DNA of 64,000 nucleotides from Chiloscyllium plagiosum (Eukaryota): NCBI RefSeq assembly GCF_004010195.1, contig NC_057718.1, positions 81,087,666 through 81,151,665 of the forward strand. Reading direction: 5' to 3'. The notes below the pieces were generated by a model. It was not told the DNA's origin, ran no database searches, and saw only the letters and a program-made list of their open reading frames with translations. The translations under genes were made by a program, and so were the position numbers. This document shows, in pieces, positions 12,783 to 26,229 of this stretch (the stretch's first letter is position 1; each line of letters starts with the position of its first letter).

Positions 12783-13332
12783 GGGATGAATCTTCCCTGT
12801 CACTGAACAACATGGACATTGACGAGAAATTTGGAAAATCATGAAATGGCTCGCGAGGAACTTCTTGGCATTGAGAGCAGAAGTCCCATTTTCTAACCAA
12901 ATGTCAAATATTGAGATGAGATTCTTGTTAGTGAATGTTGAGAAACTTGTTTGCATGCATTACCATCCTTATAATTTACATCACCTTGACTCATTGATCT
13001 GCTGTTTCTCGTTCTCCCACCATGGTTAGAAACTAGGCTAGAACAATTCTGACATGAAAGTCAGAGTGGTTACTTAGAAATCCCAGAGCAGCTGCAGATT
13101 GCTAACACCTCACCAGATGTGCAACTGGCCTTTAAGTTGGCGTTGACACAGAATTTCTGGAGGTTCTGACATGGCCTGTTGCAAATAGGAGAATATGGTG
13201 AGCAAGGGACATGGTGTGTCAGACATGTTTAGGAAGATAGTGTGAGAGACGTCACTAGGCCTTGCAGAGAGAAATTCTTACGAAATCAGACCAACCAAAT
13301 GCACTTTTCCAATTTCTGGTAAGATTCAGCCC
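12783..13332. mobile_element. 550-bp putative Harbinger-family MITE
   Basis: TIRs GGGATGAATCTT (12783-12794) and AAGATTCAGCCC (13321-13332), 11/12 complementary. The right TIR is identical to the terminus at 785-796. No clear TSD. Confidence 0.5.
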
Positions 13333-14925
13333 CTGATTTAGGCAAATATGTGAAGATTCTGCTGGACTTCAAAGGCCAGCCTATGCAGATTATTAAGCAC
13401 AGAATACCTAAATTTCTTGTTACTTGCCCAGCCTTGACCATTGAATCAATTAGGACATTGGCTTATTATTCCAATAGCTTAATTGAAAGACTCTCAATAA
13501 TAGATCTGCTATTCCTGCGCCATTATCTAGCCAGGCTTGCTGATTAATTAATAATTGTGGGATAATTTGAAGGCCCTTGGCACAGAAGGCATCAAATGAT
13601 CAAATATCAGATGTCTTTTTGTAAATCGGCCCATTCCACCAGGAGCTAATCACCAGTCATCTGCCAACTAATGAATACAAGTTTGAGCCTGAGCTGTCCA
13701 GATATTAGGCGCCTGGTTTATTCAGAAGCAGTTGGGTTGTGTCACAACATAAGAAAATACTACATTCTTTTGAAGATGATGTAGATGCAAATTATACCTA
13801 ACAGAGCAGTTGTTTCATATGTTTGTGGTGCAAAATGTTAGCAGCAGCTGCATGCTTTTCTGCAATGCAATCCCTGGATGGGTTTGTGCTTTTACATCCA
13901 ACCTGCAAGTAATGCAACCATTGAATTGAGCCTCTGACAGGTGCACTTCACTTTTCATCTGTGACCTAAAATACTTACAATATTTTGTCTGCCTTGCCAT
14001 ATATCATGACTGAAATGCAGTATATAAACATGCATTTGATAGCCCATGCCATATGTACAATGGAATGTTAAAAAAGAAAGTTGTCAGAGTCCCAGAGGAC
14101 TACAGGCCTACTGTCTCTCATTAGAGATGGCTGGTCGTGGTTTAACCTGTGGGTCACTGCACCTTGATCAAGTGGAGAGGTTAAGAAGGAGAGTCCTTCA
14201 CAGTGGAGTATATTTGTGATGTGAAAGTCAAAATGAAGTTAATTTAACTAGTTTTGTGTACTTAACGAGTCACAAGTGTGTAAAGCTTGCTCAAGGCTGG
14301 CAATGACACTTGAATATAATTTAATAATCAGAAATTGGAGTTAGAAAGATCAGGATGGTTAGACACCTTTTGATTCATTTCAAAGTTCTGAAGTCTGAGA
14401 ACTTACAAACCAATCTGTCAACGTAAAGAAAAAGTTGCATTTTTCATTCATGTGTTTGGAATGATTCTTTGCTTTTCTCTTTCAACTTGTAGTTTAATCC
14501 ATATTATGTTTCCAGAGAAAATTGTTTCCAAGAGTTTGTGAGACAGCTTATCACAGAAATATCTTCAGTCAGGAACCAAGTAATGCAAACATGTTAATGG
14601 AAATCATTGGATTGCCTGTTAGTTACATAAATGGTATATTGTGCTGAACAATGGACTGCAAACACATTAAGATAATTGAACTCACTTTCTACTTTAATCA
14701 CTGCTCCTTCGTTTTTCATCTTGCATTGTTGTAATGTTCATTATCATAAAGATGAACTCGGACCAAAAGGTCTGTTTCCGTGCTGAGTGACTCTATACAT
14801 GTAAAGTGGTCACAACAGGCACCAATTTTAGTTGGAGTGTTGAAAAATGTAAAGTTGGTTTTCTGTTTTGTTTTCATTGTGACCTTATTTATAATTTGGC
14901 CATCAGTGACCAGTATAATTTGTGA

Positions 14926-15134
14926 GTTGAAAAGTGTGGTGCTGAAAAAACACAGCAGGCCAGGCAGCATCCGAGGAGCAGGAGAATCGACATTTCGGGC
15001 ATAAGCCCTTCTTCAGGCTTATGTCCAAAACATCGATTCTCCTGCTCCTCGGATGCTGCCTGGCCTGCTGTGTTTTTCCAGCACCACATTTTTCAACTCT
15101 GGTACTCCAGCATCTGCAGTCCTCACTTTCTTCG
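14926..15134. mobile_element. Fold-back Penelope-terminus insertion (family A) with hammerhead core on minus strand
   Basis: Inverted arms of ~70 bp. TSD AGTATAAT(T/C)TGTGA at 14912-14925 and 15135-15148. Minus 15016-14989 reads CTGAAGA-A-GGGC-TTAT-GCCC-GAAA-TG-TC. Confidence 0.85.
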
Positions 15135-16587
15135 AGTATAATCTGTGATGTCAGTAAGTAATATTACTCTTCCTTTTAAATATCCATGGCATAAGTTTGA
15201 TTGTTTTGTTAATATGTCACAAAAGTAACTGGTAATACGAGATGCGTGACTGATCCATTAAAAATGTTTTTTTAAGTACTTTTGTAACTTCCTTGACCCA
15301 ATATTTATTTGTGTGTTCACTGATTTTTTTTTCCCTTCCAGGCCTTACAGTTAAGCTCTCACAACTGGAATCCAACACTGGTTTTTAAAATATATACATT
15401 TTGAACTAATTTTTCTCAATCATAGTGAGAAGTGTAGGCAAATACGGTGTAAAATATATCAGAATCTCAATATTGAAGAACATATTTCTGATGTTTTCCT
15501 TAAGGTTTAAACAGCGAGCAGCAACTACTTATTTCCATGTATTTGCATCTGATTCAGCATGCTTTTTTCCGCTACCTATTCTTATACCATTTTTTCACAA
15601 CTATCAATTCCCTTACTGTCACAGTTCTTCAGTAAATTAACAAATGTTATTACGTCAGCTTACTTCATTATATTTGCTGGAGAGCTCATTTTTCTGTCTC
15701 TGTTTAAGTCCCATGCATTGTCTGGCGATATGACCAGTAACACCTGCTTGATCCCATGTGCCAATTTACAGGGTGAAACATTGAGTCTGACTCCTGATGT
15801 GTATATTGCGTAAAAGGAGAAGGTCGACCTAAGTGCTAATGAGTATAGGCAAAAACATTACTTCTGGTGCTCAAAAAGTGCCAGCTTTATATGTCTTTTA
15901 TGCCCTGATCGTAGCATTTTAATCACGTTCTTGAAGTGTTCACCTTGAAATGCATGATTCATAAGTAGACTTGGTTGTGGAGCCTCCTTGGAGAATGCCC
16001 AGTTGATCTATCGTTGATGGTCTTAAAGGTATTTATTGTGTTACTTTGCATGCCTTAAGAAGTTTCATTCTGTTCAAAAGCATTATACAGGTAGTTGTCA
16101 CATTCAGATATAGGAGTTTTCTTGAGAGCATTCCAATTTAATTAGGAAGCTGAATACATAAATTGCAGAAGGATAATATGGATTGTATAACATGAGGTTT
16201 TGAGTAAAGGCAGTTTTGCAGCCATCCAGGTAATTGACCTGTGTGAGAAACATGATGAGTTCTATATATAAACTTTAATTGGTCACTTGGCAGTAACTAA
16301 TCCTGCTTGAGAGATATAACTGACATTCAAAGAGGTGCTATTATTGCAGATAATGTAGTCATTTGAAGGAAGAGTCTGATGGAACCTAACAGAAACATGC
16401 TCACTGTTGAATTTTCGAAGCATAAAATGTTTTGCTTTTAAAAATGCTTATACCCAATAGAAATATAGCTCTGTTACTTATCGTCAGATTTTCATGAAAG
16501 CGGCACGAACTGTGCAAAAATATAACGTTCTGAATATGTAAGTATCTACCCTTTCCAATGTAATTTATTTTTGAACCTTTGTATCGA

Positions 16588-19500
16588 ATCTCATAAGTAT
16601 TATAGCAAAGAAGGAAGCCATTTAGTCCATCCTGTCTCCTGACCAATTCACCCAGTGCCATTCCCCTGCCCTCACATTGTAACTGTGTACACTGTTCATT
16701 TTTCGATACTAATCCAATTCCCTCTTGACACTTTCAATTGAACATTGCCTCTGTCACATTCTTGTGGCTTTTTCAAATCTTAAATAGTCTGTGAATTAAA
16801 AAGATTTTTCCTCATTATCTATTTCCTCCTTTTCCCAAGAGCTTTAATCTGTGCCCTCTTGTTCTAGATATTTACTCTACTTCTCCTTTACATGATTTGG
16901 AGATGCCGGTGTTGGACTGGGGTGAACAAAGTTAAAAATCACACAACACCAGGTTATAGTCCAACAGGTTTAATTGGAAGCACACTAGCTTTCGGAGCGT
17001 CGCTCCGAAAGCTAGTGTGCTTCCAATTAAACCTGTTGGACTATAACCTGGTGTTGTGATTTTTAACTTTCCTTTACATGTTTCTCTATTGTTTCTCTAT
17101 CGGCTTTCTCCCCAACTTACTGCCCTTCAAGGAAAACAGCCCAACTTTTCCAGTTTATCTGTGCAACTGAAGTTGTTGATCCCTGATACCATTCTCCTGA
17201 ATCCTCAAACTTTTTGTGAAGCCTTTCTGTGATTGCACATTTCCTAATGTATGACCATAGAATAGATGCAGTACTGCAGTTCAGGCCAGACCAATGCTTT
17301 ACAATTTAAACTCCTTACTCTTGTACTCTGTGCCCCTATTAATAAAACCTAGGAATATTATATGCAACCTGTCCTAGCACCTTGAATGACATGACCCAGA
17401 TCCCTCTACTCCTGCACTCACTTTGGAATTGTCCATTTTACTTTATAATGCATGTGTTCTTCTGACTCAAATTTATCATTTCACATTTCTGTATATTGAA
17501 TTTATTCTTCCAATTGTTCTTCATTTCACCAACTTATATATTTCTTTAAATTCAAAACTATTTTCCCCATAATTCACAATGCTTTCAAGTTTCATATAAT
17601 CCAAAACTTTTGAAATTGTGACACTCCAATCTTCGTTATGAATTATATATCAGAAAGCATTAGGGCCCCAACATAACTCCTGGGGAATGTTGCTGTATAC
17701 CATTCTCCAGAATGACAAACTGCACTTAACTACAACTGTTTACTGTCACTCTGTCAATTTCATATCACATGTTGCTACTGTCCCTTTTATTCCCAGAGCT
17801 ATAACTTTGCTTACAAGTCTTTTGTACAGTATTGTATCAAATACTTTTTAGAAGTCCATATGCACCACATCAGTAACATTATTTTTGCTAATCCCCTTCA
17901 TTATGTCTTCAAGGAAATCCCCAATAACAAAGCTAAACATGATTTGCCCTTACACATCCATGCTTACTTTCCTTACTTAATCCATATTTGTTGAAGAGAC
18001 TAATTTTGTCCTGGATTATTGTTTCTAGAAACTTTTGCCCCACCTAAGTTAAACTGACTGGCTAGTAGTCGCTGAACAGTTCCTTAAACCTTTTCGAGTT
18101 CTTTGGTTCTCTGGCATTACTTTTGGGTCTACAGAAGACTGGAAGATTATGGCTAGTGCCTCTCCAATCTCTACACTCATTCTCCACATTTTCTTGCATG
18201 CATCTCATCTGGTCTTGAAACTTTATCAACTGTAAGTGTACACAACCCATCCAACACTACTACCTCATCAATTATAACCCTTCAAGAGAATGAATAATTT
18301 TCCCTTTCACCTTGACCTATGTGGTATCTTTCGTGGTAAAGATAACTTAAAAGTATTCATTTAAAACCTTAGCCATGCCCCCTACTCAACACATAAATCT
18401 CCCTATTGGTTCTGAGTTAGTCTCATTGCTCCCTTTACAACTGTTTTACTATTTATATATCTATAAAAGACTTTGGGATTCCCTTTTGTATTAGCTGTTG
18501 CTTTTTTTTTTCATACTCTATGCTTTTTTATTTACTTTATCAATTATTTGCTGAATCCTCTATATTTAGCCTGGTTTTCAGTTGTATAATCCATGTGACG
18601 TCGACCATTAATATGCTTTCTTCTTTTATCATCTTCTCAATCTCTTTTATCATCCAAGGAACTTTCAGATTTATTGTCCAACTTTTCCCCTTCATGGGAA
18701 TTTATTTTGATTATGTCTGAACCTATATTTTCTTTCCCCAACTTCTGTTCCAAATCTAGCATTATTACCTAATTGACATTAGCTTTCCTTAATTATTCAT
18801 ATTTGGGATTGTTCTTTGTCCTTTTCCATAGCCAGCTTATGATAAATGATCATTGTCCCCTAAATGCTGCTGTTCTGATGATTGATCCACTTGGCCTGCC
18901 TCATTCCCAAGAAGCAGGTCTTGCAATGCTGTTTATCTCAATGATCTGAAAAAATATTCTTGTCTTAAATTTTCTTGAATGCACTCTAAGAACTCATGCC
19001 CCTCTTCTCTTTACATTATCATTTTCTTAGTCTATGTTTGGATAACTAAAGTTCCTCTAACTGTAACTATTATATAATTCTTGCAGTTCTATTATTTCCT
19101 TACAGGTATGTTTCTTCACATTTTTCAACTTGTCTGTGGCCTAAAGATTACACTAAGTAATTTAATTGTACCTTCTTATTCCTTAGTTCTAAAAAACCAA
19201 ATTTGTGATCCCTCTCGGACTTACTCTCTATCCAGCACTGCAATGTTATCGTTGATACTTGCTGCACCACCTTCCTTTCTTCCTTTTCTCGTTTTTGTTG
19301 AGCATGTGTTATTCGGGAATATTTAATAGCCAGGCCTGCCCTTCTTTGAGCTAGATCTCTCCAGTAGCAATTATATCATATTTCCACATGGCAACCATGA
19401 CTGTAACTCACCAACCTAGTTACCACACTCTATGAATTCACATCCAAGGATAATAACCCTGATATAGACCTTGTTACTTTCTCCTTTATTCTGAACCTAC

Positions 19501-19830
19501 TTCGTTACTATTGTATACTGTTGTGCCAGTATTCTGCTCACCTTGGTATCATTCTCTGATATTTCCTCCTGGTTCCTGCTCTCTGTCCAATTAATTTGCA
19601 TCCTACCAAATGGCATGAGCAAATTGCCCACAAGAAGCTCAGTCTGGTTCTGTTCTTGTTCTGAAACTAACTTGACTTGTCTGGGTCCGTTAAACCCCAG
19701 AACCAGTTCTGCTTCTCAAGATTAAAAGCCCTTTCTCCGACATCTTTTCAGTCAGGCATTTATCTGCTTTATCCTTTTATTTCTATATTCTCTTTGTAAG
19801 TAATACTGGGAGTGGTCCAGAAATTGCCAC
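16588..19830 (-). mobile_element. Old, heavily decayed CR1-clade LINE (ORF1 end, EN, RT, 3' tail)
   Basis: Minus-strand remnants of FSYPNID (EN, ~19050) and MDF*KVFDTI (RT, ~17860). 3' tail near 16590. Interrupted at 16895-17070. Confidence 0.75.
16895..17070. mobile_element. Fold-back Penelope-terminus insertion (family B), near-perfect hairpin
   Basis: Arms 16928-16999 and 17001-17070 are complementary except for one 2-nt indel, centred on 17000. TSD CCTTTACATG at 16885-16894 and 17071-17080. Confidence 0.9.
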
Positions 19831-19961
19831 TTTTCCTGCCTTTTTTAATGTTCTACTTTTAATGTTCTACTTTTATGTCTGCTTTTACTTTCTACTTTTA
19901 GTACTTCTGACCTCGTTCCCTAAATTTCCCTAAATTTGGACTGAAGGACTCTCTCCCATCA

Positions 19962-20085
19962 GGATGAAGGGCTTATGCCTGAAATGTCGATTCTCCTGCT
20001 CTTCGGGTGATGATTGACTTTCTGTGCTTTTTCAGCACCACACTCTCAGCTCTGATCTCCAGCATCTGCAGTCCACATGTGCTCC
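19962..20085 (+). mobile_element. Single Penelope family-A terminus, decayed
   Basis: GATGAAGGGCTTATGCCTGAAATGTCGATTCTCCTGCT...CTCTGATCTCCAGCATCTGCAGTCC matches the other family-A copies. Confidence 0.8.
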
Positions 20086-20849
20086 CTCACTCTTTCTATC
20101 TATTTTGTTGCAAAGTGGACCGTAACTGCTGGCTGTTCAACTCCTTGGGTGATCTAAATCTGTTCAGTGATGTCTTGACGCTGGCACCAATGGGACAACA
20201 CACTGTTGGATTCACATCTATGGCAGAAATGCTGATTTACCCTCCTCATGATTGAAATTCCCATCCCTAATTGCGCATCTTTTTATGTCCGTTGTTCCAT
20301 ACAACTGAGCCATCTGTTTATTCATTTTTCGCACTTGGGCATTGCTAGCTAGGCGAGCGTTTAATGCCCATACCTAATTGTCCAGCGGCAAGTAAGAGTC
20401 AACCCCATTAGAGTCATATGTAGGGCAGATTAGAATGGCGAATTTGCTTCTCTAAAGGTCAATAATGAACCAGATGGGTTTTTATGATGATCTACAGTGA
20501 TTACATGGTCGCTATTAAGCTAGTTTTCCATTGCAGGTTTGATGCCATAGTGCTATTTATTTAGCTTTGGCTGCATTCCCCAAGTGAACAATCATTCTCA
20601 TCAGTTTTCAGAACTGCTTGGAGGCCAAGAGTAGGCTATTTAGCCCCTTGAATCTTTGCAATATGGTATGATGTTTTTGATGTTTTTATTATTTCCTTGC
20701 TTACCCTTGGTCATTCTTCTCTCTGTCCCCATCCCCACCCTCCTTACACTTTCTCATCCCTTGTGGAATATATTTTATTTGGGAGCAATTGAGTATTTCC
20801 TTCAACATTTACTCCCACTTATCAACTCTTCTACCTTTTAGTCTTCCTG

Positions 20850-21700
20850 CCTAATCGACTTGGGCAAAATCGGTTCTGATGCTTATCCTTTGTTTACTCC
20901 AGAATGCGAGTGTTCGACTCCAGTTTCTCGCCCTCTACATGAATTTGAAATTCCAGTGTGCTGTGATCACTCTTCCCTCGATGATTCTTTACTATGCCAT
21001 TATCCATTAATCCCACCACATTACATAATACCAAATCCAGAATTGCCTGCTCACTGGTTAGTTCTGCAACATATTTCACTCAGAAGCAATTTCTAATACA
21101 TTCAATGAACTGTCCTTTGAAACTACCCGTGACAATTTGATTAATAACTTTCTATCTATTTATGCTGATACCTTCAGGGATCTGTGGACTTGTATGTCAA
21201 AATCCCTTTGTTCCTCCAACCTACCATTTATTGTGTAAATGCTTTCCTTATTAGACTTCCCAAAATTAATCACCTTGCACTTATCAGGAATTCATTCTAT
21301 CTGCCATTGCTTTGCTCAACTTACCAGCTGACTAATATCAGACTATGGCCTGTGACCATACTCCACACAATCAACACAGATTTTATGTCCACTGCAAACT
21401 TTCTGTTGCGATCTTATATACTCACTAGTAAGTCGTTAATGTACATAACAAATGGAAAGCGTCCCAGCACCAATCCCTGTGATACACCGCTTGTCCCAGG
21501 CTTCCGGGCATGAAAATAACCCTCCACCATTATCCTTTGCCTCCTATTTGCAAGTCAGTTTTGAATCAAGGTTGGTAATTTATTTTGTTTCCCATAGGCT
21601 CTTACCTCTTGGAGCACCCTTCTTGTCAACGACCTTACTGAAGTCTATGTAAACCACATCAACTGCATTCCTCTCAATATATTTGGTCAGTTTTTCAAAG
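20850..21700 (-). mobile_element. Old CR1-clade fragments (EN and RT)
   Basis: Minus ORF EQAILDLVLCN...GKSDHSTLEF (APE motif). GVSQGLVLG and YMDFSKV RT remnants at ~21460-21650. Confidence 0.75.
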
Positions 21701-21711
21701 AAAGGAAGGCA

Positions 21712-22460
21712 GATTACTACCTAAATGGAATCAATTTAGGTAAAGGGGCAATACAAACCGATCTGGGTGTTCTTGTACACCAGTCAATGAAGGTAAGCAT
21801 GCAGGTACAGCAGGTAGTGAAGAAGGCTAATAGCATGCTGGCCTTCATAACAAGAGGGATTGAGTATAGAAGCAGAGAGGTTCCTCTGCCCTGGTGAGAC
21901 CACACCTGGAGTACTGTGTGCAGTTCTGGTCTCCAAATTTGAGGAAAGACATTCTGGCTATTGAGGGAGTGCAGCGTAGGTTCACGAGGTCAATTCCTGG
22001 AATGGCGGGACTACCTTATGCTGAAAGACTGGAGCGACTGGGCTTGTATACCCTTGAGTTTAGAAGACTGAGAGGGGATCTGATTGAGACATATAAGATT
22101 ATTAAAGGATTGGACACTCTGGAGGCAGGAAACATGTTTCCGCTGACGGGTGAGTGCCGAACCAGAGGACACAGCTTAAAAATACGGGTTAGACCATTTA
22201 GGACAGAGATGAGGAGAAACTTCTTCACCCAGAGAGTGGTGGCTTTGTGGAATGCACTGCCCCAGAGGGCAGTGGAGGCCCAGTCTCTGGATTCATTTAA
22301 GAAAGAGTTTGGGTAGAGCTCTCGAGGATAGTGGAATCAAAGGTCATGGAGATAAGGCAGGAACAGGATACTGATTAAGGATGATCAGCCATGATCATAT
22401 TGAATGGTGGTGCAGGCTCGAAGGGCAGAATGGCCTACTCCTGCATCTATTGTCTATTGA
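21712..22460 (+). mobile_element. CR1 LINE 3' fragment, relatively young
   Basis: ORF RPHLEYCVQFWSPNLRKDILAIEGVQRRFTR...RTRGHSLKI...RNFFTQRVV; CTATTGTCTATTG tail. Confidence 0.92.
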
Positions 22461-22660
22461 AATATATCTGCCAGGGCCCCAGCAATCTCTTCCCTTGACT
22501 CAACAACTGCCTCAAATATACCTGACCAGGCCCTGAAGATTTATGCACTCTGTATGCCTGCTAAGACATCTAATGCCTCTCCCTACTTAATCTCCACATG
22601 CTCCAAAATGTGACCATCCCAAATGAAATCTGTGCCTTTAATGTTTTCTCTTTTATGAAT

Positions 22661-23135
22661 TGTCATGGATCCGATCAAACCCTCTTCAAAAATAACAAGG
22701 TGATAGCCTAGACTCCAACATTTTCTTATTTTCAAAGGCAACTGTAAAGCATTGTGTTCCAGTTGCAATTTGATTCATCCAACTACCAGGCTTGACGCAA
22801 GGTACATTTCATTCTTGCACTACAGTTAAAATGCAAACAAAAGAAAAATTGGAATAACTTTATCAGAAAACTTAACAGAGTAATAGATAATTTAACTACA
22901 AAACAGCAACTATTCCAATATAGTGATGTTCCATAAGCACACTCTTTAATTCAGTAAAATAGATTGTCTCACATTCAATTCTAGCAGTAGGAAGACAACC
23001 CAAGCTTTTAGTTGAGAGCGAGAGGAATAACAGATTCTCCATCCAGCACTCAGAACTTACTGAAAGCTTTTCTAAAATCCTGCTTCTGTGGGAGCTTGAC
23101 TCCATCTCTTCATGCTGTTTTATTGTTCCAACTTT
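22661..23135. mobile_element. Partial Gypsy-type LTR
   Basis: Starts TGTCATG. Alignable by eye with the LTR at 25978-26713 (TAGCCTAGACT...TTTTCTTATTTT; ACAGTTAAAAT...AAAGAA). Cut off at the right by a PLE terminus. Confidence 0.6.
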
Positions 23136-23142
23136 TTTTAAT

Positions 23143-23340
23143 GTGGAGGCGCTGGTGTTGAACTAACGTGGACAAAATTTTAAAATCACACAATAGTTTA
23201 TTTGGAAGTACTAGCTTCCAGACCGCTGCTCCTTCACCAGGTAACTAATGATGCAGGATCATAAGTCACAGAATTTAGAGCAAAAGGTCACAGTGTCATA
23301 CATTAAAACAATATATTGAACAAACCTAGATTGCTATTTC
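23143..23340 (-). mobile_element. Penelope family-B terminus plus adjacent 3' sequence, decayed
   Basis: GGAGGCGCTGGTGTTGAACT...TTGGAAGTACTAGCTTCCAGACCGCTGCTCCTTCACCAGG is homologous to 16895-17000 and 26140-26229. Confidence 0.7.
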
Positions 23341-26113
23341 TGAGGGGTATCCATTTAAAACAAGGTTCAAAAATGAAGGTACATGCCTTTTGATAGCATG
23401 TACAACTGCATAGTAGGAGACCAGTTTTATTTGTTTATCTCAGCATGAATGATTTAAAAGCATAAATGTGCTATTAACAATCTTACTGAAAGTGTTTGAG
23501 TGGTAGAAATAAGTAGCACTCTTTGACAAAAGAGCGTAATCAGGCTCAACCTAACAAAGCCAGCATTGGTCAGCACTACAGGTGGCTCTAACCATTTTTA
23601 ATTCTGTTCTGTAATTCCTGTCCATTGTTTGGGTCGTGTACTTCTGCCTTGCCAACAGGCTTTTCAAATAGACTTGTTGATTTTAGGGAGTTTGTGATCA
23701 TTGTTACCTAACACAGGCAGTCAACACTTTATTATAATTTTGAGTGTATTGAGAAGCAGCAGTTTAGATATGGTATATTAGTTAATTAGGCAAAAAAAGA
23801 AAATATATGACTGATAACAGATGTGAATGTTTCAGTGACCCTGGAGAGCATTCTGTAGAATGGAGGATTAAAAGCAGCACACTCTCACATCTCAGTGCTT
23901 CTACATCTATTTGTGGTGGTCTCTGGTAGTTTTGGGGAGCCATAGTTGCAGTAATCTGTGTTCCTCCCTCGGGTTCATGTAGGGGAACTTTTGTTGCTTC
24001 TTGCCCCTCTCTTTTTTAATAGACCTTATTTTGGGGGCTGGTTATCAATGCTATGTCAATCGCTTGTTTAATCAGTCTTGACCAGTGACCACAGGGAAGC
24101 TACACAAGTCAGATGACCATCATAACATTGTCCCTTGCCCATTTGAAGGTTAATTTATCATTTTTTCTAAGACCAAGATCTCCTTATTCCTGGTACTCAA
24201 CATTGATAATGGGGTCAGGCAATATGTGATAAATCTTTGATGTGAGTGAGAATCCTGATTCTTCTGACTTCTTTGTTTTCATGTAGAGAAACGTTTACAT
24301 TTGCAAAAGACTAGTTACTGATGTGACACAGTTATGTGAGATCTCCAGGTGTACAGGCAATACCAAATATGTCAAGAACCTACCTCTGACGTCTCCTTTA
24401 TTCCTTCCTCCTCATATCTTCAAACTATGACTTATCGTACCAGTCCATCCTGCCCTGGGGGAAAAGTCTGTGAGTAAACATTACCCTTACAAGTAAATGG
24501 TTTATGAAGATCTAGCACTTTCTTCTCAACCAACCTGTGACCAGATTGTATGTTCTGGTGCAGCTTTTTAGCCTCCACTGTGCTTTCCTTTACCACTTCA
24601 ACAAAATTCATTGGCTTATCCTGTTTTACTACATCCATCTTCCCAGTGCTTTTTCTAAACTATCAACACTGTGACTTCATGTGGCCCACTTTATTACAGT
24701 GAAAACACCTGAGCCTTTAACTTTTTTTTTCCCCTTCATGGATTTCCTTTTCACCCTGTGGTAAACTACCTTTATTATCATCAATGCAATCTATTTTTCC
24801 CTTATCACCTGAGGATTTCACTTGCCCCCAATTTCTATCCCTTAAAGCCAAACTTTGATTTATGAACCAACTCACAATCATCAGCCATTTCAACTGCTAA
24901 TCTTGCCTTTTTAAGTCTCTGCTCTTCCACAAGAGTTCTCACTCCTTCAGGATGTGAATTTTTGAACTCCTCTAAAAAAATATATTCTGAGTGTCCTATG
25001 TTTGATGTATTTTTAATGCCCTTACCCACCTAACCAAATTACTTTGTTTGATCCATTCAAGCTCAACGTGCATTTAACAGAGCCTGTCCTTAGAGTCCTA
25101 AAATGTCTGCAGGCTTCAGGCACTAGCTTATTTACAGTTAAGATGGCTTTCTTCACCCCCTCATACTCTCCAGATACCACCTCATATATTTTGCATATAC
25201 CTCACCAGCTGTACCTACGAACTTTGTATCAACAATACCCACATGGTCTCCAGCCATTTCATTTGTTTAGCATTTCTTAAATGAAATGAAAAATGCTTCT
25301 ACATCCTTGCACATGCTTGGACATACTGAAACAGATTACCACCAGGCCTTTGGCTACAATGGACTTGCTCATCCTAACTATCCTCCTCACTAAGCCAGAC
25401 TTCTATCTTCACCTCCATCCTTTTAGGTCGACTTGTCTGTCTAATTGCCAACTTTTGAATTTCAAACTCTCTCACTTTCTGCTTTTCTTCTCTTTCTTTC
25501 TCCCTTTCTTCTGCTTTTTGGTCTGCCAGTGCTATTCTTTCCTTTTCTCTTTCCTCTGCTTTTAATCGTAATTCAAACCATTTCAGTTCCTTTTCACGTT
25601 CAAACTGCTTCATCTACAATTGAATTCTATCCCTTTCCAAAAGTTCCAATGGCATCTCTAGCAAATTTATATGTGGAACTCTTGCTGTCATTACCTCCCC
25701 TTTTCTCACAAAGGCACCCCCAATTCCAGCTTGTCTGCCAAATCCAACAGCTTTGCCTTACTCATGTTTTGTAAAACTCATGAAGTCGCTTCTTCCAACC
25801 CAAGAAAACTCTTAGTGATTGAAAGAGCCCTTACTACTCAAAGCACGCACTGTTTAAACCAACTAAATTCAACCACCGAAACAAAAAATACTACACCTAC
25901 CACTCGCTGCCTTTGACTCCAACAACCCTAAACTCAAATTGGAATTATAGAAGTATATCCTGACAAGAGCCCCCAGTTGGTTATGAACCAGACAAGACCA
26001 CCTCAAAATATTTTAAGAAGGTAGCCTAGACTTTAACTTTTTCTTATTTTAAAGATTGAGATGTGAAGTGGGTGTTCCATATATATGAGGCAACTAGTCA
26101 AACCGCTCAACGT

Positions 26114-26229
26114 TTCTGTGTCTTCCAATTGTGCACTCCACAACCACCTGATGAAGGAGCAGCACTCCGAAAGCTAGTGTTTCCAATTAAACCTGTTGGA
26201 CTATAACCTGGTGTTGTGTGATTTGTAAC
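26114..26229 (+). mobile_element. Penelope family-B terminus inserted in the LTR
   Basis: Near-identical to the right arm of 16895-17070 and additionally carries CTGATGAAGGAG upstream. Confidence 0.85.
26145..26179 (+). ncRNA. Putative minimal type-I hammerhead ribozyme motif (family B)
   Basis: CAC-CUGAUGA-A-GGAG(CAGCA)CUCC-GAAA-GC-UA-GUG. Core boxes intact, helix I CAC/GUG, helix III reduced to the palindrome AGCU. Confidence 0.6.

Noticed and set aside
16252..16323. Possible C/D box snoRNA (ATGATGA ... CTGA, ~72 nt)
   Set aside because: No terminal stem and no recognisable rRNA/snRNA guide; the motifs are expected by chance.
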